A DNA stretch of 64,000 nt from Mobula hypostoma (taxonomy: Eukaryota). Positions 23,201-36,164 of the stretch are shown here, one piece after another (positions within the stretch are counted from its first letter, which is position 1; every line of letters starts with the position of its first letter). A program made the translations under genes and the position numbers. The stretch lies in NCBI RefSeq assembly GCF_963921235.1, contig NC_086101.1, positions 1,612,001-1,676,000 of the forward strand. The letters run 5' to 3'. Under the pieces are notes generated by a model that saw only the letters and a list, made by a program, of their open reading frames with translations, was not told the DNA's origin and ran no database searches.

Positions 23201-26100
23201 CTTGGACCAGCTCCTCCCTCATAGCTCCATAGTTCCCTTTGTTCAACTGTAATAATGACACTTCCGATTTTCCCTTCCCCCTCTCAATTTGTAGATTAAA
23301 ACTTATATTATGGTCACTACCTCCTAATGGCTCCTTTACCTCGAGATCCCTGATCAAATCCAGTTCATTGCACAACACTAAATCCAGAATTGCCTTCTCT
23401 CTGGTAGGCTCCAGTACAAGCTGTTCTCAGAATCCATCTCGGAGGGACTCCACAAACTCCCTTTCTTGGAGTCCAGTGCCAACCTGATTCTTCCAGTCTA
23501 CCTGCATGTTGAAATCCCCCATAACAACTGTAGCATTACCTTTGCGACATGCCAGTTTTAACTCTTGATTCAACTTACACCCTACGTCCAGACTACTGTT
23601 TGGGGGCCTGTAGATAACTCCCATTAGGGTCTTTCTACCCTTAGAATTTCTCAGTTCTATCCATACTGACTCTACGTCTCCTGATTCTATGTCCCCCCTC
23701 GCAAGGGACTGAATATCATTCCTCACCAACAGAGCCACCCCACCCCCTCTGCCCATCAGCCTGTCCTTTCGATAGGACGTATTATCATTGAATATTCATT
23801 TCCCAGGCCCTGTCCACTTGAAGCCATGTCTCTGTTATTCCCACAACATCATACTTACCAATTTCCAACTGAGCCTCAAGCTCATCCACTTTATTTCTTA
23901 TACTCCATGCATTCATATACAATACTTTTAATTTATTACTCCCCTCACCTTTCATATCAATTCCTATTTCACTTGGCCATACTGTACGATCCCTTCTTGA
24001 GCTTTCTGCTCCGTTAATTCTGTTGTCTTTCTTAACTTTTCTTATTCTCACTTTCCCTTTAACTCCATCCTTATATTTCCAGTTCGTCCCCTCCACCCCC
24101 CCCCCACCACTGCTTAGTTTAAACACACCCGTGTTGCAGAGGCAAACCTGTGCCAGAATGCTGGTCCCCTGCCAATTAAGGTGCAACCCGTCCCTTTTGT
24201 ACAATTCAACCTTACCCCAAAACATACCCCAGTGGTCCAAGGATGTAAATCCTTGCTTCCTGCACCAGTTCCTCAGTCACACATTCAGATCCATTATCAT
24301 CCTGTTCTTGACCACTCCAGTACGAGGAACTAGAAGCGAACCGGAGATAACCACCCTGGAAGTCCTGCTTTTCAGCCTTCTTCCGAGTTCTCTGAAGTCG
24401 CGCTGTAGAATGTCTTTCCTCTTCTCCCCCACGACATCTGTGCCCACGTGCACCACCACTTCCGGATGTTCTCCTTCACCCTTGAGGATTCCCTGCAATC
24501 GATCCGTGAGTGCTGTTGCTATTACAAAGGAAAAAGTGCTAGGCAAACTCAAAGGTCTTAAGGTGGATAAATCACCATGCCCAGATGGACTACATCCCAG
24601 AGTCCTGAGAGAGGTTGCTGAAGAGATAACGGATGCATTGGTTATGATCTTTCAAGAATCACTTGATTCTGGCTTTGTCCTGGAAGATTGCAAATGTCAC
24701 TCCACTCTTAAAGAAGGGAGAAAGGCAAAAGAAAGGAAATTATAGATCAGTTGCCATAACCTCAGTGGTTAGGAAAGTGTTCGAGTCTATTATTGAGGAC
24801 GCGGTTTCAAGGTACTTGGAGACTAATGATAAAATAAGTCAAAGCCAGAATGGTTTCTGTAAAGGGAAATCTTGCCTGACAAATCTCCTAGTTTTTCGAG
24901 GAAGTAAAAAGCAGGGTGGACAAAGGAGAGACAGTGGAAGTCATTTACTTGGATTTTCAGAAGGTATATGAGAAGGTGCCATGCATAAGGCTGCTTAACA
25001 AGATAAAATCCTTTGGTGTTACAGGAAAGATACTGGCATGGATAGTGTAATAGCTGACAGGCAGGAGGCAGTGAGTGGGAATAAAAGAGTTTTTATCTGG
25101 TTGGCGGCCAGTGACTAGTGGTGTTCTTCAGGGGTCAGTATTGGGACTGCTGCTTTTCACATTGTTTGTTAATGGTTTAGATAATGGCTTTGTGGCAAAG
25201 TTTGTGAATGATACGAAAATAGATGGAAGGGTAGGTAGTGCTGAGGAAGCAATACAATTGCAGCAGGACTTAGACAAATTGGAAGAATGGGCAAAAAGTG
25301 ACAGATGGAATACAGTGTTGGGAAATGTATGATGGTGCATTTTGGTAAAAGGAACAATAGTGCGGATTATTATCTAAATGAGGAGAAGGTTGATGCAGTG
25401 GGACTTGGGAGTCCTCATGCAAGCCTCCCAGGAGGTTAATTTACAGGTTGAGTCTGTGGTAAAGAAGGCAAATGCAATGTCTGCATTCATTTCAAGGGGA
25501 ATAGAATATAAAAGCAAGGAGATAATGCTGAACCTTTATAAAACCTAGTCAGGCCGCACTTGGAGTATTGTCAACAATTTTGGGTACTATATCTCAGAAA
25601 GAATATGTTGTCATTGGAGCGAGTCCAGAGGACGTTCACAAGGATAGTTCCAGAAATGAAGTGGTTAACATCTGAGGAGCATTTGGCAGCTTTGGGCCTG
25701 TACTGACTGGAATTTAGAAGTATGCGGGAGGATCTCATTGAAACCTACCAAATGTTGAAAGGACTAGATAGGATGGATGTGAAGTGGATGTTTCCTATGG
25801 TGGGGGTATCCAGAACTAGAGGGAAAAGCCTCAAAATTGAAGCATGACCTTTTGGAACACAGGTAAGGAAGAATTTTTTTCTAGCCAGAGAGTAGTGAAT
25901 GTGTGGAATGCTCTGCCGCAGACTGGGCTGGAGGCCAATTCCACTGGTGTATTTAAGGCAGAAGATGATCGTTTTCTGATCAAAGGAGATGTGGAGAAGG
26001 CAGTCGTATGGGGTTGAGTGGATTCTGAGATCAGCCATGATGGAATGGTGGAGCAGACTCAATGAACTGAATGGCCTAATGCTGCTCCTATGTCTTATGG
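20262..26100. mobile_element. Nested CR1 mosaic, mostly +; a - strand block at ~22800-24505 includes ORF1 esterase and endonuclease pieces
   Basis: VLYLNAHSI, VVVHVGTD, DGLHLN, GSNHNMIEF and GVLQGSVLG motifs in broken frames; several 3' tails. Confidence 0.85.
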
Positions 26101-26149
26101 TCTTATTTATTTTTGTCTGCCTGCTATGCTCTTTTTACTACTACTTTGG

Positions 26150-26700
26150 ATATTTGCGTTTCATCTTTAAACCTGCATTTGTTTAATAAATGTGAACTCC
26201 TACCAACACGGCAATTCAATTTGTTTGGCCAGGCCATTTTCTGTATCGACACTTCAATTCTGTTCACACTCACTTTCATTCCTGACAGCAATCCAATTGC
26301 TTCTGTCTGCTATTTCCATTGATATAGCAAAGGAAGTTGTGGTTCAGCTGGGAGCTGTTTTTGAATGCTTTCTCGATAGATTCCACAAACTAAACAATCT
26401 CTTAGTGTATCATGCAGCCTTTTACCAAACTGACAATGCTCAGTCAATCTCTTCAATTCAGCCACATACACTGAAATGGATTCCCCTTTTAGATTCCGCA
26501 TACGAAACCTAAAGTGTTCCACAGTCAACAATGGCTTCAGTTCTAAATTGATCCACGTTACTTTGACAGTATCAGCAAAGCTTATTTCTGCTGACTTGGT
26601 TGGAGCAGTCACACTTTGAAGCAAAATGTATGCCTTTAAACCTATGCTCTTGGAAAAATTGGTACTCACTTCCCATTGGCTTCTGGAGAAGTCCAAATAC
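26150..26700 (-). mobile_element. Ty3/Gypsy gag-like remnant
   Basis: ORF 26310-26741(-): EHFRFRMRNLKGESISVYVAELKRLTEHCQFG..LRDCLVCGI..IQKQL, typical of Gypsy gag. Confidence 0.75.
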
Positions 26701-27159
26701 TCAGTATTATATAATGCAGCCAATATACAGTATACAGACATTTACAACATAGTCACTTTTAAATGGTCTCATTCGGACTTAATGATTTAGTCAGTGGAGG
26801 ATTTCTCACTCATGTGGGATAACTTCTTTCCTGACAAGGAGGATCACTCTGATTGGCAGGTGAGGCTTGTGACTGTGAGAACAATCTCAGGTTCTGGGCC
26901 CTCCTCTGTGCTAGCTATAGAAGTTGACTCTAAGGCTGCAGGCAGCTGTGGAGGCCAAGTCTTCATGTATATTTAATGTAGAGGTTGATAGTTTCCTGAT
27001 TAATCAGGGCATGAAGGGATATGGGGAGATAGCAGGAGACTGGGCTGAGGAAAAGCAATGAATCGGCCATGATGGAATGGTGGAGCAGACTCAATGGGCC
27101 AAATGGCCGAGTTCTGCTCTCTATGTCTTGAGGTCTTATAAAAGCCAAAGAGAGGGCGT

Positions 27160-28468
27160 ACAATAGTTGGGATCACAGAGACATGGCTCCAGGGTGACCA
27201 AGGATGGGAGCTCAGCATTCAGGGATATTCAATATTCAGGAGAGATAGACATGAAAGAAAAGGAGGTGGGGTGGCATTGCTGGTGAGAGAGGAGATTAAC
27301 GCAATAGAAAGGAAGGACATTAGCCGGGAGGATGTGGAATCGATATGGGTAGAGCTGCATAACACTAAGGGGCAAAAAACGCTGGTGGGAGTTGTGTACA
27401 GGCCACCTAACAGTAGTAGTGAGGTTGGGGATGGTACTAAACAGGAAATTAGAAATGTGTGCAATAAAGGAACAGCCGTTATAATGGGTGACTTCAATCT
27501 ACATATAGATTGGGTGAACCAAATTGGTAAGGGTGCTGAGGAAGAGGATTTCTTGGAATGTATGCAGGATGGTTTTTTGAACCAACATGTAGAGGAACCA
27601 GAATGGTTCCGGAATGGTTCAGGACACTGGAAAATTGCAAATATCACCCCACCCTTTATGAGGGGAGAGGCATAAGAAAGGAAACTATAGGCCAGTTAGT
27701 CTGATCTAAGTGGTTGGGAAGATGTGAGTCGATTATTAAGGATGAGGTGTCAGGGTACCTGGAGGCACATGATAAAATAGGCCGTAGTCAACATATTTTC
27801 CCCAGTGAAAATCTTGCCTGACAAATCTGTGAAATCTTTGAAGAAATTACAAGCAGGATAGACAAAGGAGAATGGGTTGATGTTGAGCACTTGGACTTTC
27901 AGAAGGCCTTTGACATGAAGCTGCTTAACATGCTATGAGCCCATAGTTTTACAGGAAAGATTCTAACATGCATAAAGCAGTGACTGATCGGCAGTTGGTA
28001 AAGAGTGGAAATAAAGAGAGCCTTTTCTGGTTGACACCAGTGACTAGTGGTGTTCCACAGGGTCTGTGTTGGGACTGATACCTTTTACATTATATGTCAA
28101 TGATTTGGACGATGGAATTAATGGCTTTGTTGCAAGTTTGCAGATGATATGAAGATAGTTGCAGGGGAAGGTAGTTTTGAGGAATTAGTGAGGCTACAGC
28201 AGGATTTAGGCAGATTAGGAGAATGGGCAAAGCAGTGGCAGATGGAATACAGTGTCGGGAAGTGTATGGACATGCACTTTGGTAGAAGAAATGAAAGGGT
28301 TGACTATTTTCTAAATGGAGAAAAAATACAAAAAAACTGATGCGCAGAGGGACTTGGGAATCATTGTGCAGGATTCCCTGCAGGTTACTTTGCAAGTGGA
28401 GTCTGTGGTGAGGAAAGCAAATGCAATGTCAGCATTCACTTGAAGATGACTAGAATATAAAGGAAAGG
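27160..28468 (+). mobile_element. Degenerate, internally deleted CR1
   Basis: GVVYRPPNS and IMGDFNL followed by broken RT. Confidence 0.8.
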
Positions 28469-31400
28469 ACACCTGCAAGAAGTGCATCCAGCTGCAGCTC
28501 CTAACAAACCGCATTAGGGAACTGGAGCAGAAGCTGGATGACCTGCGGATCATTCGGGAGAATGAGGAGATTATAGATAGTAGCTACAGGGAGGTAGTTA
28601 CACCAAAGGAGCAGAGGACAGGAAATTGGGTCACTGTCAGGCGAGGGAAGGGGAAAGGGCAGGCAGAGCAGGGTTCCCCTGTGGCCATTCCCCTCAACAA
28701 CAAGTATACCACATTGGATACTGTTGGGGGTGGGGGGGTGACATACCTGGGACAAGCTGCAGCAGCCAGATCTCTGGCACTGAGTCTGGTTCTGCAGTGC
28801 AGAAGGGAGGGTGGAAAGAGAGAAGAGGGGTAGTGATAGGGGACTCGATAGTTAGAGGTACAGATAGGAGGTTCTGTGGTCGTGACAGAGAATCCAGGAT
28901 GGTTTGTTGCCTCCCGGGTGCCAGGGTCAAGGATGTCTCTGATCGATTGCATGACATTCTGAAGTGGGAGGGTGACCAGCCAGATGTCGTGGTGCACATT
29001 GGTACCAATGACATAGCAAGGAAGAGTGAGGAGGTCCTGGACAGTGAGTATAGAGAGCTTGGTAGGAAGTTGAAAAGCAAGACCTCGAGGGTGGTAATCT
29101 CAGAATTGCTACCTGTGCTACGTGCCAGTGAGGGTAGGAATAGGATGCTCTGGAGGATGAACAAGTGGCTGAGGAACTGGTGTAGGGGGCAGGGTTTCAG
29201 TTTTCAGGATAATTGGGACCTCTTCTGGGGCAGGTGGGACCTGTACAAGAGAGATGGGTTACACTTGAACTACAAGGGGACCAATATCCTTTCAGGGAGG
29301 TTTTTTAGTGCTACTGGGGAGGCTTTAAACTAGATTTGCAGGGGGATGGGAACCAGAGTGCCAGAGCTGACCGTGTGGCTGGGGTGAAAATAAATGATGT
29401 TAAAAGTTCAAGCAAAGCCACAAATAGAAAGGTTGTGAGTGGTGGTAAAAATCTTCTGAGGCATATATATTTCAATGCTAGGAGTATTGAGGGAGTTAGA
29501 TATGGCCCTTGTGGCTACAGGGGTCAGGGGGTATGGAGGGAAGGCTGGGGCGGGGTTCTGAGTTGGATGATCAGCCATGATCATAATAAATGGCGGTGCA
29601 GGCTCGAAGGGCCAAATGGCCTACTCCTGCACCTATTTTCTATGTTTCTATTGCGGGGAAGGCAGATGAGTTGAGGGCGTGGATTGACACATGGAATTAT
29701 GACATTATAGTGTTACGTACCCCGTAACTGGGTTGCCAAACCAGCAGAAATGGATCACTCAGTTGGAGTCTGGATTACTGGAACTAAGAAAGTTTTATTA
29801 AAGAAATAAGCAACACAGTACTCTAATAGTAAGGATATAAATGCAACAGGTTAGCAATGAATAAACACACATGTACACAGAACTAGGATAATAGGATCAA
29901 TCAAGCTCTATCGTCGTCTAGGAGTAAATGAACAGTTTCAAAGTGACAGAGTTCAGTTTAGTTCAGTTCTCAGTAATCGCCGTCGCCGTGGGAGAGAGAG
30001 AGAGAGAGTGCGAATGAATATTCAAATCCGATTCCAAACAGACCTTCGATATTCCTCACAGTCAGCTTTCGGGGGAGCCCTTTGTAATGTCTTCTGAGGT
30101 CACCGACTGTGACCCCTCCATTCCTCTACAGTGAACCTGGCACACAGGCAAGGGCGGACACATACCAGGTTCCCGCCGATCGTTCCTTTCCACCCTGTGC
30201 GTCTATGGCTTGGTCCCGCGACCAGCCCTCCAAAAACCCCCACCGACTTGTGGGAGGCACACCGCTTCCAGGGTCTCGTTACCTCGTGGTGTCGTGTGTG
30301 TGTCCTGCCTTAGCGAACCTATCCCTTTTTATCCCCCTGCTGGGGTATCGCCTGTCCATCACACTTCAAACAGTTCAGGGTTCAAAAAGGAGCCGATCTT
30401 GACAGTTCTCAGACCGTGTCTCCTTCCGTTAAGCTCTCTCGTCTCTTCATTAACATTTCCAAATGCTGCTCCATTGTCTTTCTTATCTCTCTTTCTCCTG
30501 AAGACAGGTGGCAGATCAACTGCTGATCCCACTGGTGCCAGCACAGGACAGTTAACATCTTAATCTATGTGTACTTTTTGTAACCCTCTTTCGTCACAAT
30601 AGCAATTAGTCAAACTTGGCTACAGGAGGGGCAGGACTGGCAGCTTAATATTCCAGGGTTCCGATGTTTCAGATGTGATCGAGGCAGAGGAATGAAAGGT
30701 GGGGGGGTGGTAGCATTGCTTGTCAGGGAAAATGTTATAGCAGTGCTCAGGCAGGACAGATCAGAGGGCTTGTTTACTGAGTCCTTATGGGTGGAGCTGA
30801 GAAACAGGAGAGGTATGGCTACATTAATGGGGTTGTATTATAGACCACCCAATAGTCAGCGAGAATTGGAGGAGCAAATCTGCAGAGAGATAGCAGGCAA
30901 CTGCAGGAAACATAAAGTTGTGGTGGTAGGGGATTTTAATTTTCCGTACATTGATTGGGACTCCCATACTGTTAGAGGTCTAGATGGTTTAGAGTTTGTA
31001 AAATGTGTTCAGGAAAGTTTTCTAAATCAATATATAGAGATACCAACTAGAGGGGATGCAGTATTGGATCTCCTGTTAGGAAATGAGTTAGGACAAGTGA
31101 TGGAAGTGTGTGTAGGGGAGCACTTTGGTTCCAGTGACCATAACACCATTAGTTTCAACTTGATCATAGACAAGGATAGATCTGGTCCTAGGGTTGAGGT
31201 TCTGAACTGGAAGAAGGCCAAATTTGAAAAAATGAGAAAGGATTTAAAAAACGTGGATTGGGACAGGTTGTTCTCTGGCAAAAATGTGATTGGTAAGTGT
31301 GAAGCCTTCAAAGGAGAAATTTTGAGAGCGCAGAGCTTGTATGTTTCTGTCAGGATTAAAGGCAAAGAGAATAGGAATAAGGAACCTTGGTTCTCAAGGG

Positions 31401-33363
31401 ATATTGCAACTCTGATAAAGAAGAAGAGAAGAGTTGCATGACATGTATAGGAAACAGAGTAAATAAGGTGCTTGAGGAGTATAAGAAGTGCAAGAAAATA
31501 CTTAAGAAAGAAATCAGGAGGGCTAAAGGAAGACATGAGGTTGCCTTGGCAGTCAAAGTGAAGGATAATCCAAAGAGCTTTTACAGGTATATTAAGAGTA
31601 AAAGAATTGTAAGGGATAAAATTGGTCCTCTTGAAGATCAGAGTAGTCGGCTATGTGCAGAACCAAAGGAAATGGGGAAGATCTTAAATGTTTTTTTTGC
31701 ATCTGTATTTACTAAGGAAACTGACATGAAGTTTATGGAATTAAGGGAAACAAGTAGTGAAATCATGGAAACTGTACAGATTGAAAAGGAGGAGGTGTTT
31801 GCTACCTTGAGGCAAATTAAAGTGGATAAATCCCCAGTACGTGACAGGGTATTCCCTTGGACCTTGAAGGAGACTAGTGTTGAAATTGCAGGGGCCCTAG
31901 CAGATATATTTAAAATGTCGGTGTCTACAGGTGAGATGCTGGAGGATTGGAGAATGGCTCATGTTGTTCCGTTGTTTAAAAAAGGATTGAAAAGTAATCT
32001 GGGAAATTATAGGCCGGTAAGTTTGATGTCGGTAGTGGGTAAGTTATTGGATGGAGTACTAAGAGACAGAATCTACAACATTTGGATAGACAGGGACTTA
32101 TTAGAGAGAGTCAACATGGCTTTGTGCGTGGTAGGTCATGTTTGACCAATCTATTGGAGTTTTCCGAGGAGGTTACCAGGAATGTAGATGAAGGGAAGGC
32201 AGTGGATATTGTCTTCATGGACTTCAGTAAGGCCTTTGACAAGGTCCCGCATGGGAGGTTAGTTAGGAAAATACAGTCGCTAGGTATACATGGAGAGGTG
32301 GTAAATTGGATTAGACATTGGCTCAATGGAAGAAACCAAAGAGTGGTGGTAGAAAATTGCTTCTCAGAGTGGAGGCCTGTGACTAGTGGTGTGCCACAGG
32401 GATCAGTGCTGGGTCCATTGTTATTTGTCATCTATATCAATGATCTGGATGATAATGTGGTAAATTGGATCAGCAAATTTGCTGATGACACAAAGATTGG
32501 AAGTGTAGTGGACAGTGAGGAAGGTTTTCAAAGCTTGCAGAGGGACTTGGACCAGCTGGAAAAATGGGCTGAAAAATGGCAAATGGAGTTTAATACAGAC
32601 AGGTGTGAAGAACATACAGGGTTAATGGTAAGGCACTGAGGAGTGCAGTGGAACAGAGGGATCTGGGAATACAGATACAAAATTCCCTAAAAGTGGCGTC
32701 ACAGGTAGATAGGGTCGTAAAGAGAGCTTTTGGTACATTGACCTTTATTAATCAAAGTATTGAGTATAAGAGCTGGAATGTTATGATGAGGTTGTATAAG
32801 GCATTGGTGAGGCCAAATCTGGAGTATTGTGTTCAGTTTTGGTCATCAAATTACGGGAAGGATACTAATAAGGTTGAAAGAGTGCAGAGAAGGTTTACAA
32901 GGATGTTGCCGGGACTTGAGAAACTCAGTTACAGAGAAAGGTTGAATAGGTTAGGACATTATTCCCTGGAGCGTAGAAGAATGAGGGGAGATTTGATAGA
33001 GGTATATAAAATTATGATGGGTATAGATAGAGTGAATGCAAGCAGGCTTTTTCCACTGAGGCAAGGGGAGAAAAAAACCAGAGGACATGGGTTAAGGGTG
33101 AGGCGGGAAAAGTTTAAAGGGAACATTAGGCGGGGGCTTCTTCACACAGGGAGTGGTGGGATTGTGGAATGAACTGCCAGACGAGGTGGTAAATGCGGGT
33201 TCTTTTTTAACATTTAAGAATAAATTGGACAGGTACATGGATGGAAGGTGTATGGAGGGATATGGTCCGTGTGCAGGTCAGTGGGACTAGGCAGAAAATG
33301 ATTCGGCACAGCCAAAAAGGGCCAAAAGGCCTGTTTCTGTGCTGTAGTTTCTACGGTTTCTAT
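28469..33363 (+). mobile_element. Near full-length CR1-type LINE (ORF1 Zn-finger/coiled coil/SGNH esterase; ORF2 APE endonuclease and RT), frameshifted and interrupted
   Basis: CKKCIQLQLL..RELEQKLDDL, VIGDSIVRG, VHIGTND, DGLHLN; then [40 protein letters not shown]; tail ttctacggtttctatg. Interrupted by another CR1 3' end (~29490-29650) and a solo LTR. Confidence 0.92.
29711..30598 (-). mobile_element. Solo LTR (888 bp), probably Gypsy-type
   Basis: Ends TGTTACG...CGTCACA (imperfect inverted repeat); 4-bp TSD ATAG (29707-29710 and 30599-30602); splits the CR1 motif WNYDIIAISQTWL; tttatt at ~29794. Confidence 0.85.
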
Positions 33364-33789
33364 GATGTAATGTTGAGACATTATAAAGCACTGGTGAGGC
33401 CTCACTTGGAATATTGTGAGCAATATTGGGCCCCCCCCTATCTTCGAAAAGATGTGTTGAAACTGGAGAAGGTTCAAAGGAGGTTCACAAAAATGATTCC
33501 AGGATTGAATGTCTTGTCATATCAAGGATATTTGATGGCTCTGGGCTTGTATTCTCTCGAATTCAGAAGAATGAGGGGTGACCTCATTGAAACCTACCAA
33601 ATGGTGCAAGTCCTCGATAAAGTAGGTGTGGAGAGAATGCTTCCTGTGGTGGGATAGTGTAAGACCAGAGGACACAGCCTCAGAATAAAGGGGGGATCTT
33701 TTAGAATGGAGATAAGGAGGAATTTCTTTAGACAGAGTGGTGAATCTGTGGAATTCTTTGCCACAGGCAGTTGTGGAGGCTGTCTATGT

Positions 33790-34605
33790 TTTAATGGTTT
33801 CAAAGTTTCAAAGGTGCATTGAATGTCAGATAAACGTATACAATATACATCCTGAAATGCTTTTTCTTCATAACCATCCATGAAAACAGACGAGTGCCCC
33901 CAAAGAATGAATGACAGTTAAATGTTAGAACCCCAAAGCCCCCCCCAACACCCCTCCCTCCCTCGCGTAAGCAGCAGCAAAGCAACGATCCCCCGTCCCC
34001 CACCAGCAAAAAGGAAGCATTGGCCCAGCGCCCCTCACCGAGCACTCAAGCATGCAGCAAAGACACAGACTTGCAAGTACCCCAAAGACTACTCGTTCAC
34101 CCAGTGTTCGACATACCACAGGCTCTCTCTCTCTCCCTAATAAGGGAGAAAGCGGTGTCTCTGTTTCACAGTGAGATGGGAGACATAACAAACAACTTGC
34201 TGGTTTACGATGTTAAAAGTTCGATGTGTTGCTTTTTCTGAGCACTGCGCCCAAAGAGCTTCGGTCTCTGGGCACATAGCTAAAGATCTTCCGACACCCT
34301 TGACACACCAACCTCCAGCCGGGACACCGACCTTTGATCTGCCCATCTCCAGAGCCATGAGATCTTTGACCTCCTAGCTCTTAGGCCGCATCCTTGGCAT
34401 GTCGGATAATGGCCAGTTATGAAATCCCGAGAGTGGGTCCCATTCCCGCAAAGAACCGAAGTCGGCGGGTAACTCCAGGTCAGGGTCTTCAAAAGAACCC
34501 TGAAAGGGAAAAATGAAGATATTAAAGATGGAAATGGAGCTGTTTCCAAAGATGCAAGTAAAGGAGTCGCCATTTAGTGACATAATATCTAAGCTCCACC
34601 CTCCT
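33790..34605 (-). mobile_element. ~0.8-kb non-coding retroposon, copy 1, inserted in a CR1 3' region
   Basis: Collinear similarity with 39875-40700; short-repeat tail on the - strand; no RT ORF. Confidence 0.7.
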
Positions 34606-34912
34606 CTTCTATATATATTTAAGGCAGATTCATGGAACATAGAACATCGAATAGTACAGCACAGTACAGGCCCTTCGGCCCACAATGTTGTGCCAACCCT
34701 CAAACACTACCTCCCATATAACCCCCAACCTTAAATTCCTCCATATACCTGTCTAGTAGTCTCTTAAACTTCAATTCTTGATTGGTCAGGAAGGGATACG
34801 GGGAGAAGGCAGCAGATTGGGGCTGAGAGGAAAATTGGATCAGCCATGATGAAATGGTGGAGCAGACTTGATGGGCCAAATGGCCTAATTCTGCTCCTGT
34901 ATCTTATGGTCT

Positions 34913-35436
34913 AAATACTGTTCCATAGCTCAGTATACATGAGCCAATTACCTGTTGTGTGATCAAACTCGTCAATTTTTCCAACATAGCCTGCGATTTC
35001 TACTCCTTTTTATATTATTATCACCCAGTACCCACTCTTTACAAACCCAAGAATTCTTCCAGTTTCTTACTTTCTTACTTTCTTTATATACTCGAAGAAC
35101 ATCTGCTGCGTTGCCTTTCTTTTAAATTTGACTATTCTTCGCTGCGCTTTTCTTTGAAATCGAGTGTTATGCTGCATTTGAACAGGTCAGTAGTTGTCTC
35201 ATCATCACTGTTAGATATTGTAACTTCAAAACATTAAACTAATTCAAAGAAAGACATTAGTCTGTGAGTGTGGATCTAACTTCAAGTTCTCTTTCAGCGA
35301 GACGCATACAGTACATATCGTGATAGTATGGTAATATGCACTTTACATATTTATACATATAACTCATAATCAGTTATTTAAAATGTATATATGCACAAGA
35401 TTACTCAAATACTATTGAAATATTAAATGTACAACA
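34913..35436 (-). mobile_element. Probable Gypsy 5' LTR plus gag start
   Basis: - strand reads AGYVGKIDEFDHTTGNWLMYTE (gag N-terminus-like); adjacent tgtta...caaca block at ~35208-35436 is LTR-like. Confidence 0.5.
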
Positions 35437-36164
35437 GTATGGAAAGAAGCTGTGATGATGTTACATTGGTCTTGGTTGGAACAGTGTTGTAAACCAGAAG
35501 CAGAGAAGTCAGAGTGGAAGGAGGCATAAAGTGCCAGAGAACTAGAAGTTCATGGCGATCCTTATCAACTGATCATGTACTCTCTGCTTCACCCAGAAGG
35601 GTGATCCCTATATAGAGGGAAGAAAAGAAGTTAGCTAGCATGTGTTGCACCTCCAGGAATTGTCTTTGAGAAAGGGGTTCATGTTGGTGGAATCTGGAAA
35701 TTGTGGAGAGAGATGGTCTCTTTGGAAAATGAAAGGGGAGGGGTCATTGTGTTTAGGGACGGCAGTTCATTAAAGGTGGATGATTATAGAATGTGGTGCA
35801 ATAGAAAGCGAGGACAGTGGGAAGTCTGTCCTCAGTAGGGTATAGGAAAAGGTTGAAAGACGTATAGGTTATGAGGCCTGTTAATAGTTTTGGAGGAACC
35901 ACAGTTAGAGAAAAGAAGCAAGTTTTAGGCATCACTAAGGAGACTAACAAATTGGCAGAATGCAGTGGGGTCTTGGCAGGGAGGAGTGAAATCAAGATAA
36001 ATATGGAATTTTATGGGCTTTTACAGTTCTACTGTTCTCACCTTCCACCCCACCACTTTTACAGATGATCCTGTGTAATCTCCACTGCCTTCGAAATTTA
36101 TATCTGTTAATAAAGGGAGGACCTTAGAATCCTACATTTATGAAATTGCATCAACTCTCCAAGG

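Noticed and set aside
28469..33363. Active autonomous LINE
   Set aside because: Frameshifts, a small RT-region deletion near 32610 and two nested insertions.
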